The position numbers and the translations under genes were made by a program. From the NCBI GenBank assembly GCA_963817915.1, contig CAWFQL010000016.1, forward strand, positions 288,001 through 352,000: a DNA stretch of 64,000 nucleotides, given 5' to 3'. The notes below the pieces were generated by a model. The model was not told where the DNA came from, made no database searches, and saw only the letters and a program-made list of their open reading frames with translations. Below are positions 1 through 9,335 of this stretch, one piece after another (position 1 is the stretch's first letter; every line of letters begins with the position of its first letter). The stretch comes from an uncultured candidate division Zixibacteria bacterium. GTDB lineage: Bacteria > Zixibacteria > MSB-5A5 > UBA10806.

Positions 1-291
1 AATTTGTCGATCATGGCCTCCCATTTTTCGTTCCAATTCATCAATTTTTCCAGCCAGATCTTTGTGTGCGGAAAGAAATTCCCTAAACTTGGCAAATGCG
101 CGCATAATTAAAATATTTACAGCTATGGCTCGACTACTTCGTAAAACGCTTGAAAGCATAGCGACACCTTGCTCCGTAAATGCACGCGGCAGCTTGCGTC
201 TTCCTCCCCAACTTGATGTTCCAAATTGGAATTTCAAGTCATTAAATTCATCCAATGTTAATTTGAACATGAAGTCATCAGGAAAACGACC
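1..291 (-). pseudogene. ORF6N-domain DNA-binding protein, 5'-truncated, runs off the left edge
   Basis: Manual translation gives RFPDDFMFKLTLDEFNDLKFQFGTSSWGGRRKLPRAFTEQGVAMLSSVLRSSRAIAVNILIMRAF, the ORF6N signature. The usual N-terminal part is absent: the frame enters a REP palindrome and hits TGA at 352-354. Confidence 0.8.
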
Positions 292-295
292 TTTT

Positions 296-335
296 GTCGG
301 GTTTTCGTCCGGTGCGGACTCAAACTCCGACCTAC
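296..335 (-). repeat. GTAG-type REP-like palindrome with nested hairpin
   Basis: Minus strand GTAG-GTCGG...CCGAC with an internal GTCCG-CAC-CGGAC hairpin. Confidence 0.6.
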
Positions 336-346
336 AGCTCGCTAAA

Positions 347-427
347 GCCTGTCATTCCGCATCCGTCGGTTGCCGGACTCCAAGGGAGCTTGATGCGGAA
401 TCCATCCTACCTGTCGGGGCAAGCGAC
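347..427 (+). repeat. RPE/dRS3-like palindromic repeat, copy 1 (27-nt insert in loop)
   Basis: GCCTGTCATTCCGCA[27 nt]CTTGATGCGGAATCCATCCTA..CTGTCGGG.CA.GCGAC; direct repeat of 3180-3233. Confidence 0.8.
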
Positions 428-443
428 TCGATAAAATAAATTT

Positions 444-1229
444 TCATTCGAATTTAAATCCCCGGCTATCCAAAAATTTCCTCATATGCGCCCGCAAAAC
501 CTTAAGATCGCTAGAGGCAATTCTGCGCGATGAATGCTCACTCCATCCGTAATCATCATCTGGCAAAATTGGAAATTCGGGTGATTTGATTTTACGTCCG
601 GGGCCGTCGTATAATCCTGTAGCTCTAATTATATTGTCGTATTCGATTATAAGATTTTCGAAATTGGAGTCATTGTATTCTTCCTGATGAATTATCAATT
701 CAGGCAACATTCGCGGCTTCACCATTGGATCATGGTCGGGGTAGCCGAGACATATCCCCATCAATGGAAACACCTTTTCGGGCAATTTCAAAACCTTGCT
801 GACTTCATCGGGATTATTGCGAATACCGCCTATCATGCAGACTCCAAGCCCCGACGCCTCAGCCGCCACCAAAATATTTTGCGCGACCAAGGCCGCATCG
901 ACAACTGCGACGATGAATATTTCGATATATTTATCATTCATCGAATAATCCCTCATCCTGGCAACTTTGTCCAACCGATATAGGTCTGGGCATATCGCGA
1001 GAAATACCGGGCATCTCTCGACCCAAGGCTGATCGCCGCAAAGTGTTGACAGCACTTTCTTCTTAATGGGATCCCTGACTACGATAATTGAGTATGCTTG
1101 AAGATTCGAGGATGTCGGCGCCTGCCGGGCGGAATTCAGAATGTTATTTAGCAGCTCATCCGATATCGGATCGGGCTTGTATTTTCTTATCGAACGATGC
1201 GAGCTCAGGAGCTTGAAGATATTATCCAT
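444..1229 (-). CDS. nfrA: NADPH-dependent nitroreductase / FMN reductase, NfrA1/NfsA family
   Basis: HRSIRKY, APTSSNLQAYSII, IGGIRN, KPR motifs. Confidence 0.88.
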   Translation of the reverse strand: MDNIFKLLSSHRSIRKYKPDPISDELLNNILNSARQAPTSSNLQAYSIIVVRDPIKKKVLSTLCGDQPWVERCPVFLAICPDLYRLDKVARMRDYSMNDKYIEIFIVAVVDAALVAQNILVAAEASGLGVCMIGGIRNNPDEVSKVLKLPEKVFPLMGICLGYPDHDPMVKPRMLPELIIHQEEYNDSNFENLIIEYDNIIRATGLYDGPGRKIKSPEFPILPDDDYGWSEHSSRRIASSDLKVLRAHMRKFLDSRGFKFE

Positions 1230-1287
1230 GAACAATATCTATCTTGAATTTGAATATGAAGCAAGAAATTATTAATTTAATGGACGG

Positions 1288-1313
1288 GTAGGTCAGGTCG
1301 CCTGCGACCTGAC
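1288..1313 (+). repeat. GTAG-type REP-like palindrome
   Basis: GTAG-GTCAGGTCGC-CT-GCGACCTGAC, perfect 10-bp stem in an intergenic gap. Confidence 0.65.
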
Positions 1314-1340
1314 GATGATATGATATCCGGATGCTGTTTT

Positions 1341-2027
1341 TTATTTTCTAAATATCAGCCCAAACCTCACGGGCACAAATGCTATTTTGCCGGGCCAAGT
1401 ATTGCCCTTTATATAGGTAAAATCAAATAATATGGCAACATGTCTTCCAAGCTTGTAATCTACACCCGCCCCTGCCAAAAACGCCCCTGCGCTTTTGTAA
1501 CTGATTTTAACGAATGGCAGATCAATTGAATTGCTTCTAATCTCAGTTCTTGATCTATGAAGATATCCAAATCCGATTGATATAAAGGGCACTATCTTCT
1601 TTGATTCATGCGTCAACATAAATTTCGCTCGAAATATCCCCGTAACGACATTGACATCCCTACCCCAAGTTGCGTTCACTTCCATATACGGATAGGAGAT
1701 TAGCGATCCCGATTTATCAAAACTAAAATTGTCATATTCCAATTCAAACCAATTTTGCTGATACCCCTGCCAAATTGAAAAGGGTATCCGCGCGCCAGCC
1801 GCAAGAGAAAATCCGCCAGTGTATAAGTCACTAAATGCACTATTTCCTGCAGGTCCGGTAGAGCCCATGGAAATGAAGAACTCCGTTATTCCACCCTCTG
1901 ATGCTAATGAAATTGAAAAAGCGCTGAAAAATATTAAAGCCGATGTCCTTAGATAAATACAAATCTTTCTCGGGACGACGCCAAAACCGAATGTACTATG
2001 CGCCTTTATTGTGTTCCTGTTATCCAT
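1341..2027 (-). CDS. Outer-membrane beta-barrel protein (OmpW/OmpA-like), start uncertain
   Basis: Alternating beta strands, PFISIGFGY, AGAGVDY, aromatic residue near the C-terminus. Confidence 0.65.
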   Translation of the reverse strand: MDNRNTIKAHSTFGFGVVPRKICIYLRTSALIFFSAFSISLASEGGITEFFISMGSTGPAGNSAFSDLYTGGFSLAAGARIPFSIWQGYQQNWFELEYDNFSFDKSGSLISYPYMEVNATWGRDVNVVTGIFRAKFMLTHESKKIVPFISIGFGYLHRSRTEIRSNSIDLPFVKISYKSAGAFLAGAGVDYKLGRHVAILFDFTYIKGNTWPGKIAFVPVRFGLIFRK

Positions 2028-2038
2028 AATAATTTCCC

Positions 2039-2980
2039 TTACATAATCCAACCTGTACGCGTAAACGATTTATCCCAAATCCTGCTTCTAAAATTGACAA
2101 TGAAATTGTTATCGTAATCTACGACACTGAATCCGGATGGTTCGCAATTGATGTTTATTATTTCACCGAATTCAAAAAGGATGTCTCGGAAGCAATAATC
2201 TGTCTTAACTTCATAGATATTGCCCGATAGCGAAATCGCAGTCAATCTCTTCCCATTCTGATCTGCGACAATAAAAAGCCCATTGCAAATACCGAATGCA
2301 GTGATGTTTGCTAGATAGCTAGTAGAAAGAACTCGGCCCGTTGCCCGGCCGTCTAGATAAAACTCCTTTATACTGTCATTTGATTTATCCAATACATACA
2401 ATTTATCGCCCCAACAAACAATTGACGACGGACCGGTTCCAGCCATGAAGCGCGACTTAAATTGGCCGTTCAAATCATATACTTTGACAGAATTATCTCC
2501 AGAATCCAGCACGTATACATTGCCGAAAGTATCGGTGGCCGCGTAGATAGCGTTAATCAGCCTTGAAGAATCAGGTCCAGTATTCCCAAATTCTGAAACT
2601 ATATTATGGTAGATATGAAAGACAACGCATTTTGTGGGGGTAATGATAACAACGCTGTCTTCCCTGGGCACTATATCCACTATATCGCATATCGTATCGC
2701 TCTGGCAAATTTGCTTCAAATCGTAAATTGTGGTGGAATCTATATTATTGCCATACCGATGATTGACGATCAAGGTTCCATTCGATAATAGAATATCCTC
2801 GGAATTGGATGATTTTATTGGAGCCAAATATGGACGCGTGCTTGTAATTCCAACGCAATAATAATCACCAGATCCGCAGCCAGTATCTCTCGGGCCGCAG
2901 GAGAAAATAAATGCCAATGCTATCAAAGAGATAAAACCGTAAATAATTAGCGGGCTCTTATTGAGAGATATTTTAATCAT
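2039..2980 (-). CDS. NHL-repeat lipoprotein
   Basis: Lipobox FIFS-C; ATDTFGNVYVLDSGDNSVKVYD NHL repeats. Confidence 0.7.
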   Translation of the reverse strand: MIKISLNKSPLIIYGFISLIALAFIFSCGPRDTGCGSGDYYCVGITSTRPYLAPIKSSNSEDILLSNGTLIVNHRYGNNIDSTTIYDLKQICQSDTICDIVDIVPREDSVVIITPTKCVVFHIYHNIVSEFGNTGPDSSRLINAIYAATDTFGNVYVLDSGDNSVKVYDLNGQFKSRFMAGTGPSSIVCWGDKLYVLDKSNDSIKEFYLDGRATGRVLSTSYLANITAFGICNGLFIVADQNGKRLTAISLSGNIYEVKTDYCFRDILFEFGEIININCEPSGFSVVDYDNNFIVNFRSRIWDKSFTRTGWIM

Positions 2981-3075
2981 TTGATATATTATACAAAATA
3001 ATGGGGAAAATATTCCACTATTTTCTCATTATTGAATCGCCTGGTCAGCATGCGAGCGACTCGAAAAGTCAAGTT

Positions 3076-3278
3076 TGCGCGTCAGGGCTTGCCCTGACCG
3101 CAAACAATGCAAGGATGCGGTCACGGTAAACCGTGACTCGCAGGACGAAGCCGTCATTTCCCAGGGGAAATGACCTACTGCCTGTCATTCCGCACTTGAT
3201 GCGGAATCCATCCTAACTGTCGGGTCAGGCGACCAGGCAGCACGAATTATGCGGGCCGACACATAGGTCGGCCCCTAC
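3076..3278. repeat. Cluster of five REP/RPE-like palindromes
   Basis: Related inverted pair at 3076-3102 and 3116-3142; GTAG REPs at 3153-3178 and 3253-3278; RPE-like copy 2 at 3180-3233. Confidence 0.75.
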
Positions 3279-3288
3279 AATAAGTTTT

Positions 3289-4578
3289 TTATTCTCTATC
3301 GATCTTCAGCTTCAAAAAATGCACGGAGCAGGAGATGCAGGGGTCGTAATTGCGCACCGCTTGCTCGCATTGCAGTGTCAGCTTTTCAGTGGAGAGCCTG
3401 GCGTTTGCCTTAACGAATTCGATGACATCCTTTTCGATAGTCGCCATATTCTGCGATGTCGGCGGAACGATTTTGGCATCCTGTATAAAACCATCCTGAT
3501 CGATTTTGTATCTATGATAACATATCCCGCGCGGAGCCTCGGATATCCCGTGGCCGGTGGCGATTTTCGGTGTCACTTCGATAAACGGCTCTTTCGGCAT
3601 TTGGTATTGGTCAATTATTTTCAGGGCTTCCTCGAACGCGTAAACAGTCTCGACCGCCCTGACGATAATGCTCTTGAATGGATTATGGAGTTCCATCTCA
3701 AGGCCGATCGTCTTTGCGATCTTTTGGGCTTTTGGAGTCAGCTTTTCGAAATTGAGGTTATATCTGGCGATAGGGCCGACAAAATAATTGCTTCGCCGTT
3801 TTATCCGTGAATGAAGCGCAGTGGATCGTTCTTCATGAATCTCCTCGAAGTGATTGGGATATTCGTCAATCGCGATATCGAGTCCTTTATTGGAAACCAG
3901 CCGCCCTTCGAATAACGGATATTCGTCCGGGTGTTTCAATGATACGAATTCATAATCCTGCTCGAAATCGGGAAAATTGAATGTCGCAACTAATTTGACA
4001 GTTTCGATCGCTGCATCCAAACCCCATTTCAATTTATCCACAAGGCTATTTAATTCGCTCTTTGAGGGTACTTTGTAAAATCCGCCGACTCGCATATTGA
4101 CCGGATGAATCTCACGGCCGCCAATAATTGTCATTAGATCGTTGCCGATTTTCTTCATTTCCAGGGCGCGTTTGACAACATCGGGCATATCGGCCGCGAG
4201 CTTGATCGCGTCTTCATAGCCGAGAAAATCAGGCGCGTGCAACATATAGGCATGCAGAACATGACTCTCGATCCATTCACCCATATATATAAGCCGTCTC
4301 AACGCTCTCAATTGCCCCTCGACTTTAACACCGCAGGCATTCTCCATAGCTGTGACCGAGCTTGTCTGGTAGGCGATAGGGCAGATGCCGCAAATTCGGG
4401 CCGTAATATCCGGGGCTTCGGTGAATTTTCTGCCGCGCAGGAACGCTTCGAAAAATCTTGGCGGCTCGAATATTTTTAGTTGGGCGTCGACAACCTTATC
4501 ATTTTTTATTTTCACATAGAGCGAGCCTTCGCCCTCGACCCGCGCCAGATAATCGACTTTTATGGTTCTACTTTTCAT
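3289..4578 (-). CDS. hyhL: Group 3b NiFe-hydrogenase (sulfhydrogenase) large/alpha subunit
   Basis: ARVEGEG, L1 RICGICP, L2 DPCISCSVH plus a C-terminal extension. Confidence 0.93.
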   Translation of the reverse strand: MKSRTIKVDYLARVEGEGSLYVKIKNDKVVDAQLKIFEPPRFFEAFLRGRKFTEAPDITARICGICPIAYQTSSVTAMENACGVKVEGQLRALRRLIYMGEWIESHVLHAYMLHAPDFLGYEDAIKLAADMPDVVKRALEMKKIGNDLMTIIGGREIHPVNMRVGGFYKVPSKSELNSLVDKLKWGLDAAIETVKLVATFNFPDFEQDYEFVSLKHPDEYPLFEGRLVSNKGLDIAIDEYPNHFEEIHEERSTALHSRIKRRSNYFVGPIARYNLNFEKLTPKAQKIAKTIGLEMELHNPFKSIIVRAVETVYAFEEALKIIDQYQMPKEPFIEVTPKIATGHGISEAPRGICYHRYKIDQDGFIQDAKIVPPTSQNMATIEKDVIEFVKANARLSTEKLTLQCEQAVRNYDPCISCSVHFLKLKIDRE

Positions 4579-5350
4579 GGGCTTCGCTCTCTTTGCGGAA
4601 TTTCTCGGATGTGGCGTTGTAGCTGCGGAAGGCTCTCATGATATCGTTGTCCGACTGACCCAATTTGTCGGCCATCCATTGGCTGAGCGATTGGGTATTC
4701 GGCTTTTCCTTGGGGCCGAAACAGCTATAGCATCCGCGATTAAACGATGGACATATCGCGCCGCAACCAGCGTGCGTGACCGGCCCCATGCATGGAGTGC
4801 CATGAGCGACCATCACACAAACCGCGCCGCGCCTTTTGCATTCCATGCAGACACTGTAAGACGGAGTGTTCGGAGTCCGGCCATTCAGGAACGCGCTCAA
4901 TACTTCCACTAACTGGTATTTATTGATTGGACAGCCCCTCAACTGGAAATCGACTGGTATGTGATCGGAAATAGGAGTCGACTTGCCTAACGTCTCAATA
5001 TAGTTCGGCGATGCATAGACAATCGATTTGAATTCGTTTACGTCCTTAAAATCGCGTAGTGCCTGTATCCCGCCCGATGTCGCACACGCGCCGATCGTGA
5101 CCAAAAATTTCGATGCCCGGCGAACCTTATGTATTCTCTCGGCGTCGTGCGAATTGGTAATCGACCCTTCTACAAGCGAAAGATCGTAAGGCCCCTTGAC
5201 AATCGCCCGCGAGGCCTCGGGAAAATTGGCAATATCGACTGCGCCGGCGACCGCGAGTAATTCATTCTCGCAATCAAGCAGGCTCAATTGGCAGCCATCG
5301 CATGAGGCGAATTTCCAGACTGCAAGTTTCGGTTTTTTCTTTAATGTCAT
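4568..5350 (-). CDS. hyhS: Group 3b hydrogenase small/delta subunit
   Basis: [19 protein letters not shown] and C-terminal Fe-S cysteines. Confidence 0.92.
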   Translation of the reverse strand: MTLKKKPKLAVWKFASCDGCQLSLLDCENELLAVAGAVDIANFPEASRAIVKGPYDLSLVEGSITNSHDAERIHKVRRASKFLVTIGACATSGGIQALRDFKDVNEFKSIVYASPNYIETLGKSTPISDHIPVDFQLRGCPINKYQLVEVLSAFLNGRTPNTPSYSVCMECKRRGAVCVMVAHGTPCMGPVTHAGCGAICPSFNRGCYSCFGPKEKPNTQSLSQWMADKLGQSDNDIMRAFRSYNATSEKFRKESEAHEK

Positions 5351-5351
5351 A

Positions 5352-6212
5352 TTATAATTCTCGTTTTCCGAATAAATCCTTTATCTGGGCATAGGTGAAT
5401 ACAGCTCCGTCTTTGCAGATGAATGTCGGACCGTACTGGCAATGACCGCAGAGCCCGATGCCGCATTTCATGTTTCGTTCCATAGAAAGATAGATATTTT
5501 CATAATCGATACCGCGGCGATTCAATTCCTGTATCGAAAAGCGCATCATCACTTCCGGTCCGCAGACCATACCGATAGCGTTTTGCGGATTGAATGACGA
5601 ACGCGCTATCAGAGTAGTCACAACTCCGACATTCCCGGCCCAGGGCCCGACTGCTCTATCGACAGAAATATGAACACTGATCTTCTTTTGCTTTTTCCAG
5701 CCCCAGAGCTCTTTGGAGAATAAAATATCATCCGGAGTTCTTGCCCCAAAATCGACAATCACCTTGCCATACATATCGCGATTTGAAAGGATATGATATA
5801 TCGACGGCCTCAGGGGCGCCAGGCCGATACCGCCAGCCACGATAAAGATATCTTTGCCAACTGCCTTGTCGACCGGCCATTTAGTGCCGAAAGGTCCTCT
5901 GACACCGATAGTATCGCCGGCCTTCATCTTTCGCATTGCGGCTGTGACCGAACCAACCGAGCGAATGGTATGGATCAGCTTTCCGTTATCTCCGGGATCG
6001 CCGCTGATTGAGATCGGGACTTCGCCAACACCGAACGCGTAGAGCATGTTGAATTGCCCGGGACTGAATGAGAAACCATTACCGTCGGTTGGTTTTAATT
6101 CGAGCGTGAAGGTATCATGAGTTTCGCGCCGATAGTTCGTAATCTCGAATGGCCTGCAGGTCATCGGATCGATGTTGGGAATTATTTCTTTTTGCGCTAA
6201 TTTATTTTGCAT
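5352..6212 (-). CDS. hyhG: Group 3b hydrogenase gamma subunit (FAD/NAD(P)-binding, 2Fe-2S)
   Basis: [31 protein letters not shown]...C; start placed at the ATG overlapping the upstream stop. Confidence 0.9.
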   Translation of the reverse strand: MQNKLAQKEIIPNIDPMTCRPFEITNYRRETHDTFTLELKPTDGNGFSFSPGQFNMLYAFGVGEVPISISGDPGDNGKLIHTIRSVGSVTAAMRKMKAGDTIGVRGPFGTKWPVDKAVGKDIFIVAGGIGLAPLRPSIYHILSNRDMYGKVIVDFGARTPDDILFSKELWGWKKQKKISVHISVDRAVGPWAGNVGVVTTLIARSSFNPQNAIGMVCGPEVMMRFSIQELNRRGIDYENIYLSMERNMKCGIGLCGHCQYGPTFICKDGAVFTYAQIKDLFGKREL

Positions 6213-6657
6213 ATAAATCCAACAATTGGAATCTGGCGTCATTAAGCCGTTGCTCGATCAGATAGGCAAAACGCTTCATCAATTCATATCCAAGACCGCT
6301 ATCCGCCTCGCATTTATTTCTCAGGCAGACACCATCGAGCGCGATCGCCCGCGTTGTCTCTAATACCTTGGCATCGAAATGCCATTTATACGGTGGTATC
6401 AGCCACGACCAACCCAGCACGTCGCCATCGTCCACGGTCGTTATCGCTGCTTCACCTTTTTCGGGGGAATAAAAATTAATTGAAACCTTGCCCTGACGAA
6501 TAAGATAGAAATTGTCGGCATCGGTGCCATCCCGAAATATATATTGCCCCGCATCGAATTTGACATTGGATGAACAGCCAACAATCAATTTTATATATTC
6601 CGGTTTGAGACCCTGCAAAAAGGGATGCTCTGTCAAATAACGATCGAGTGTCTCCAT
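6202..6657 (-). CDS. Stand-alone cyclic-nucleotide-binding (Crp-like, no HTH) protein
   Basis: IFRDGTDADNFYLIRQGKV...GDVLGWSW; 151 aa. Confidence 0.85.
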   Translation of the reverse strand: METLDRYLTEHPFLQGLKPEYIKLIVGCSSNVKFDAGQYIFRDGTDADNFYLIRQGKVSINFYSPEKGEAAITTVDDGDVLGWSWLIPPYKWHFDAKVLETTRAIALDGVCLRNKCEADSGLGYELMKRFAYLIEQRLNDARFQLLDLYAK

Positions 6658-6658
6658 A

Positions 6659-7825
6659 TTATTTCTCCTTCATTGACATAGTTGCCGCATTAACGATATC
6701 GTTATCGCGAATCGCCTGCGCTTCCTCCGTAATATCAATGGCTACAGGGCACCAGGTAATACACCTCCCGCAACCAACACATCCCGACATTCCAAATTGA
6801 TCGATCCAGTTGGCCAATTTGTGCGTCATCCACTGACGATAACGAGATTTCGAGGAGTAACGGATTTTACCGCCGTGGATATATGAAAAATCGATGGAAA
6901 AGCACGAATCCCATTTGCGCCATCGTTCGGCGTGACTCCCGGTCAGATCGCTGGAATCCTCGGCGCTCGAACAAAAACAGGTCGGGCAAACCATAGTGCA
7001 ATTGCTGCACGCAAGACAGCGCGCCGCCACCACATCCCAACGCGGATGATCAAAATTACGATTTAGAATATTCTTAATATCTTCAGTGTTGAGCGTTTTT
7101 CCCATATGCCCCGCCGTGAGCAGAATGACTTCATCGGCATTCCTTTTTTCGTCCTCGCTCGCTAAGCGAAAGGGGATTTCGGAGAAAACCTCGGCGCCGA
7201 TATCAGATCCGATATTAACCAGAAAGTAATGCCTGTCGCCTTTGATAATTTCAGTTAACGCCAGATCGAAGCCGCTATATACTTTTGGTCCGGTTCTCAT
7301 GGAAACACAAAAGCAATTGCCGCCCGCGTAGCCGCAATTGACAGCCAAGACAAAGGTTTGTTCCCGACGGGTCTTATAAATCGAATCTTTAAAATCGCCG
7401 TCTCTGAAAATCTTGTCCTGTATTTCTATCGCGTGAAGCTCGCACGAACGAACTCCGATGAAGGCCATCTTGTCCACGGAATTATTGCTTTCATTAAAAT
7501 CGATAGTCCCATTATTGCGATTGGCTTCCCACAATTTTCGTTCGGATGGGAAGAGAAATTTTTTCCAGGAGGATATTCCCACCGAATATCCGAAAAGCGC
7601 GTTATCGTAGCGTTTCTTCAGGCGATATTTACCGCCCTCTTGTTCATCGCTCCATCCGATCGGCAGGTCGGCCTCATTCGCGATTTCATCGTAACCAATA
7701 GCCTTGTCGCGAATCATTGGGCCGTAAAGCTTGAATTTTCTTTTTGCCAACGCGTCAAGCAGATTTTGAAAATTACCTCGCTCCAAAATATACTGAGCGT
7801 CTCTATTAATATGTGATTCTACCAT
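6659..7825 (-). CDS. hyhB: Group 3b hydrogenase beta subunit (4Fe-4S, AsrA-like)
   Basis: CLACSNCTMVCPTCFC and CVGCGRCITWCP motifs. Confidence 0.9.
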   Translation of the reverse strand: MVESHINRDAQYILERGNFQNLLDALAKRKFKLYGPMIRDKAIGYDEIANEADLPIGWSDEQEGGKYRLKKRYDNALFGYSVGISSWKKFLFPSERKLWEANRNNGTIDFNESNNSVDKMAFIGVRSCELHAIEIQDKIFRDGDFKDSIYKTRREQTFVLAVNCGYAGGNCFCVSMRTGPKVYSGFDLALTEIIKGDRHYFLVNIGSDIGAEVFSEIPFRLASEDEKRNADEVILLTAGHMGKTLNTEDIKNILNRNFDHPRWDVVAARCLACSNCTMVCPTCFCSSAEDSSDLTGSHAERWRKWDSCFSIDFSYIHGGKIRYSSKSRYRQWMTHKLANWIDQFGMSGCVGCGRCITWCPVAIDITEEAQAIRDNDIVNAATMSMKEK

Positions 7826-8438
7826 GACACCAACTTCCCTGATTGAGATATTAGATTATTGCCATCCAATATCGGAATAATCCTGTAAGCGCTTATGAAA
7901 AATTGTACATCAGATTTTCTATTACACACATCGAACCCCGCCACCCTATTAATTGATTGGCAGATTGTCCATCTCTCCACCTCGGAGATGAGGCATCCGC
8001 CAATTTTGTCGAGCATTATTATATTCTTTGATATCTATCACTGTCAAGATAATTGGCTGATTGAATGCGTCATCAATCATATATATTATCTATTAATAAT
8101 ATCATTTATTTCCATTATGTTCGGCCGAGCTCTGAAATTTCTTTTTATATTTACCTGACTTTCACCAACCCCCTTCAAATTACCGGGCCAATCATGCCTG
8201 GAGCCCGTGGCCTCATTACGAGAATACCCAGGGATTTCATTTTTTAAAACCCCTTGCCATTTAGGCCAAAATCAATTAAGAATAGTATAATTGTAGCGCC
8301 ACTTTATCGATATCAAGTCGCGATATCGGATAGAGAGGTATTACCCGAAAATCAGCATTGGATACCGGGTTATCATTGAGAAACTAATAATGACAAAATG
8401 GTGTTGTTTTAATCTAATAAGATTAATTGGGAGGATTT

Positions 8439-8777
8439 ATGAAGCTAACAACGCGCGAAGATAGTGGAGTCATGATCTTAGAGCCAAAAGGTAAAATTAT
8501 GGGCGGGCCCGATGCCACAATTCTGCATGACCAGCTCCATGATTATATAGACCAAAACAAGAAAAAAGTCGTTATCGATCTCTCCAAGGTAGAATGGATG
8601 AATTCCACCGGTCTCGGAATACTCATCTCCGGTTTGACGACACTGCGCAATAACGGCGGCGAACTCAAACTTGCCTGTGTTACCGATAAAATCGAATCCC
8701 TTCTCACTATTACCAAGCTCATCACAGTTTTCGAAAGCTTCGATACCGTGGAGGATGCGGTAAAAAGCTTTTCTTGA
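8439..8777 (+). CDS. rsbV: Anti-sigma factor antagonist (STAS)
   Basis: DLSKVEWMNSTGLGIL phosphoacceptor motif; GGAGG RBS. Confidence 0.9.
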   Translation: MKLTTREDSGVMILEPKGKIMGGPDATILHDQLHDYIDQNKKKVVIDLSKVEWMNSTGLGILISGLTTLRNNGGELKLACVTDKIESLLTITKLITVFESFDTVEDAVKSFS

Positions 8778-8834
8778 TCCACCCCAACGATTACCGGGGC
8801 AGGGTTTTTCTGGATTTCAAAGCTCCTTCGCGAC

Positions 8835-8863
8835 AGGTGGGTCAATTCGTCCCACCTTTTTTA
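8835..8863 (+). terminator. Intrinsic terminator between rsbV and rsbW
   Basis: AGGTGGG-TCAATTCGT-CCCACCT followed by a T-tract. Confidence 0.6.
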
Positions 8864-8879
8864 TTGAAAATCCCGGAGA

Positions 8880-9320
8880 ATGGAGAGAATAATGTCCGAA
8901 AGCTTTAACGATAAAGATTCATTACAAATACCAAGCTCGGCCGATTATATAAGTGATGCGTACGACTTCCTTGAAAGCTGGCTCAAACAACAAAATGTGC
9001 CCGATGATATAATCGCTGATATAGGCATCGCGGTCACCGAGCTTATCAATAACGCCATCAAGCACGCCAATAAATTCGACACATCCAAAAAAGTAACCAT
9101 AATTCTCGAATATTTGAACAATGAAGTGGTAGTATCTGTAAGCGATGAGGGACGCGGGTTCGAACCTGAAAAAATTCCGAATCCGGTTTCGGAAGAAAAC
9201 CTGCTCAAAGAAGTTGGCCGCGGCCTTTTTATCGTGAAATCATTAATGGATGATGTCAAGTTTTCCTTCCCCTCCAACGGTGGATCGAGAATCACTATTA
9301 AAAAGAAAATCAGTAGATAG
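8880..9320 (+). CDS. rsbW: Anti-sigma factor Ser/Thr kinase (HATPase_c_2)
   Basis: ELINNAIKHAN, DEGRGF, GRGLFIVKSLMD. Confidence 0.88.
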   Translation: MERIMSESFNDKDSLQIPSSADYISDAYDFLESWLKQQNVPDDIIADIGIAVTELINNAIKHANKFDTSKKVTIILEYLNNEVVVSVSDEGRGFEPEKIPNPVSEENLLKEVGRGLFIVKSLMDDVKFSFPSNGGSRITIKKKISR

Positions 9321-9335
9321 CCGGGAAATTAAACC

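Noticed and set aside
62..439. 125-aa plus-strand ORF
   Set aside because: Antisense shadow of the ORF6N remnant and the repeats.
296..3278. Integron attC cassette array
   Set aside because: The hairpins lack RYYYAAC/GTTRRRY ends and no integron integrase is in the window.
3289..3345. Selenocysteine (NiFeSe) hydrogenase
   Set aside because: The L2 motif is DPCISC with ordinary Cys codons and no in-frame TGA.
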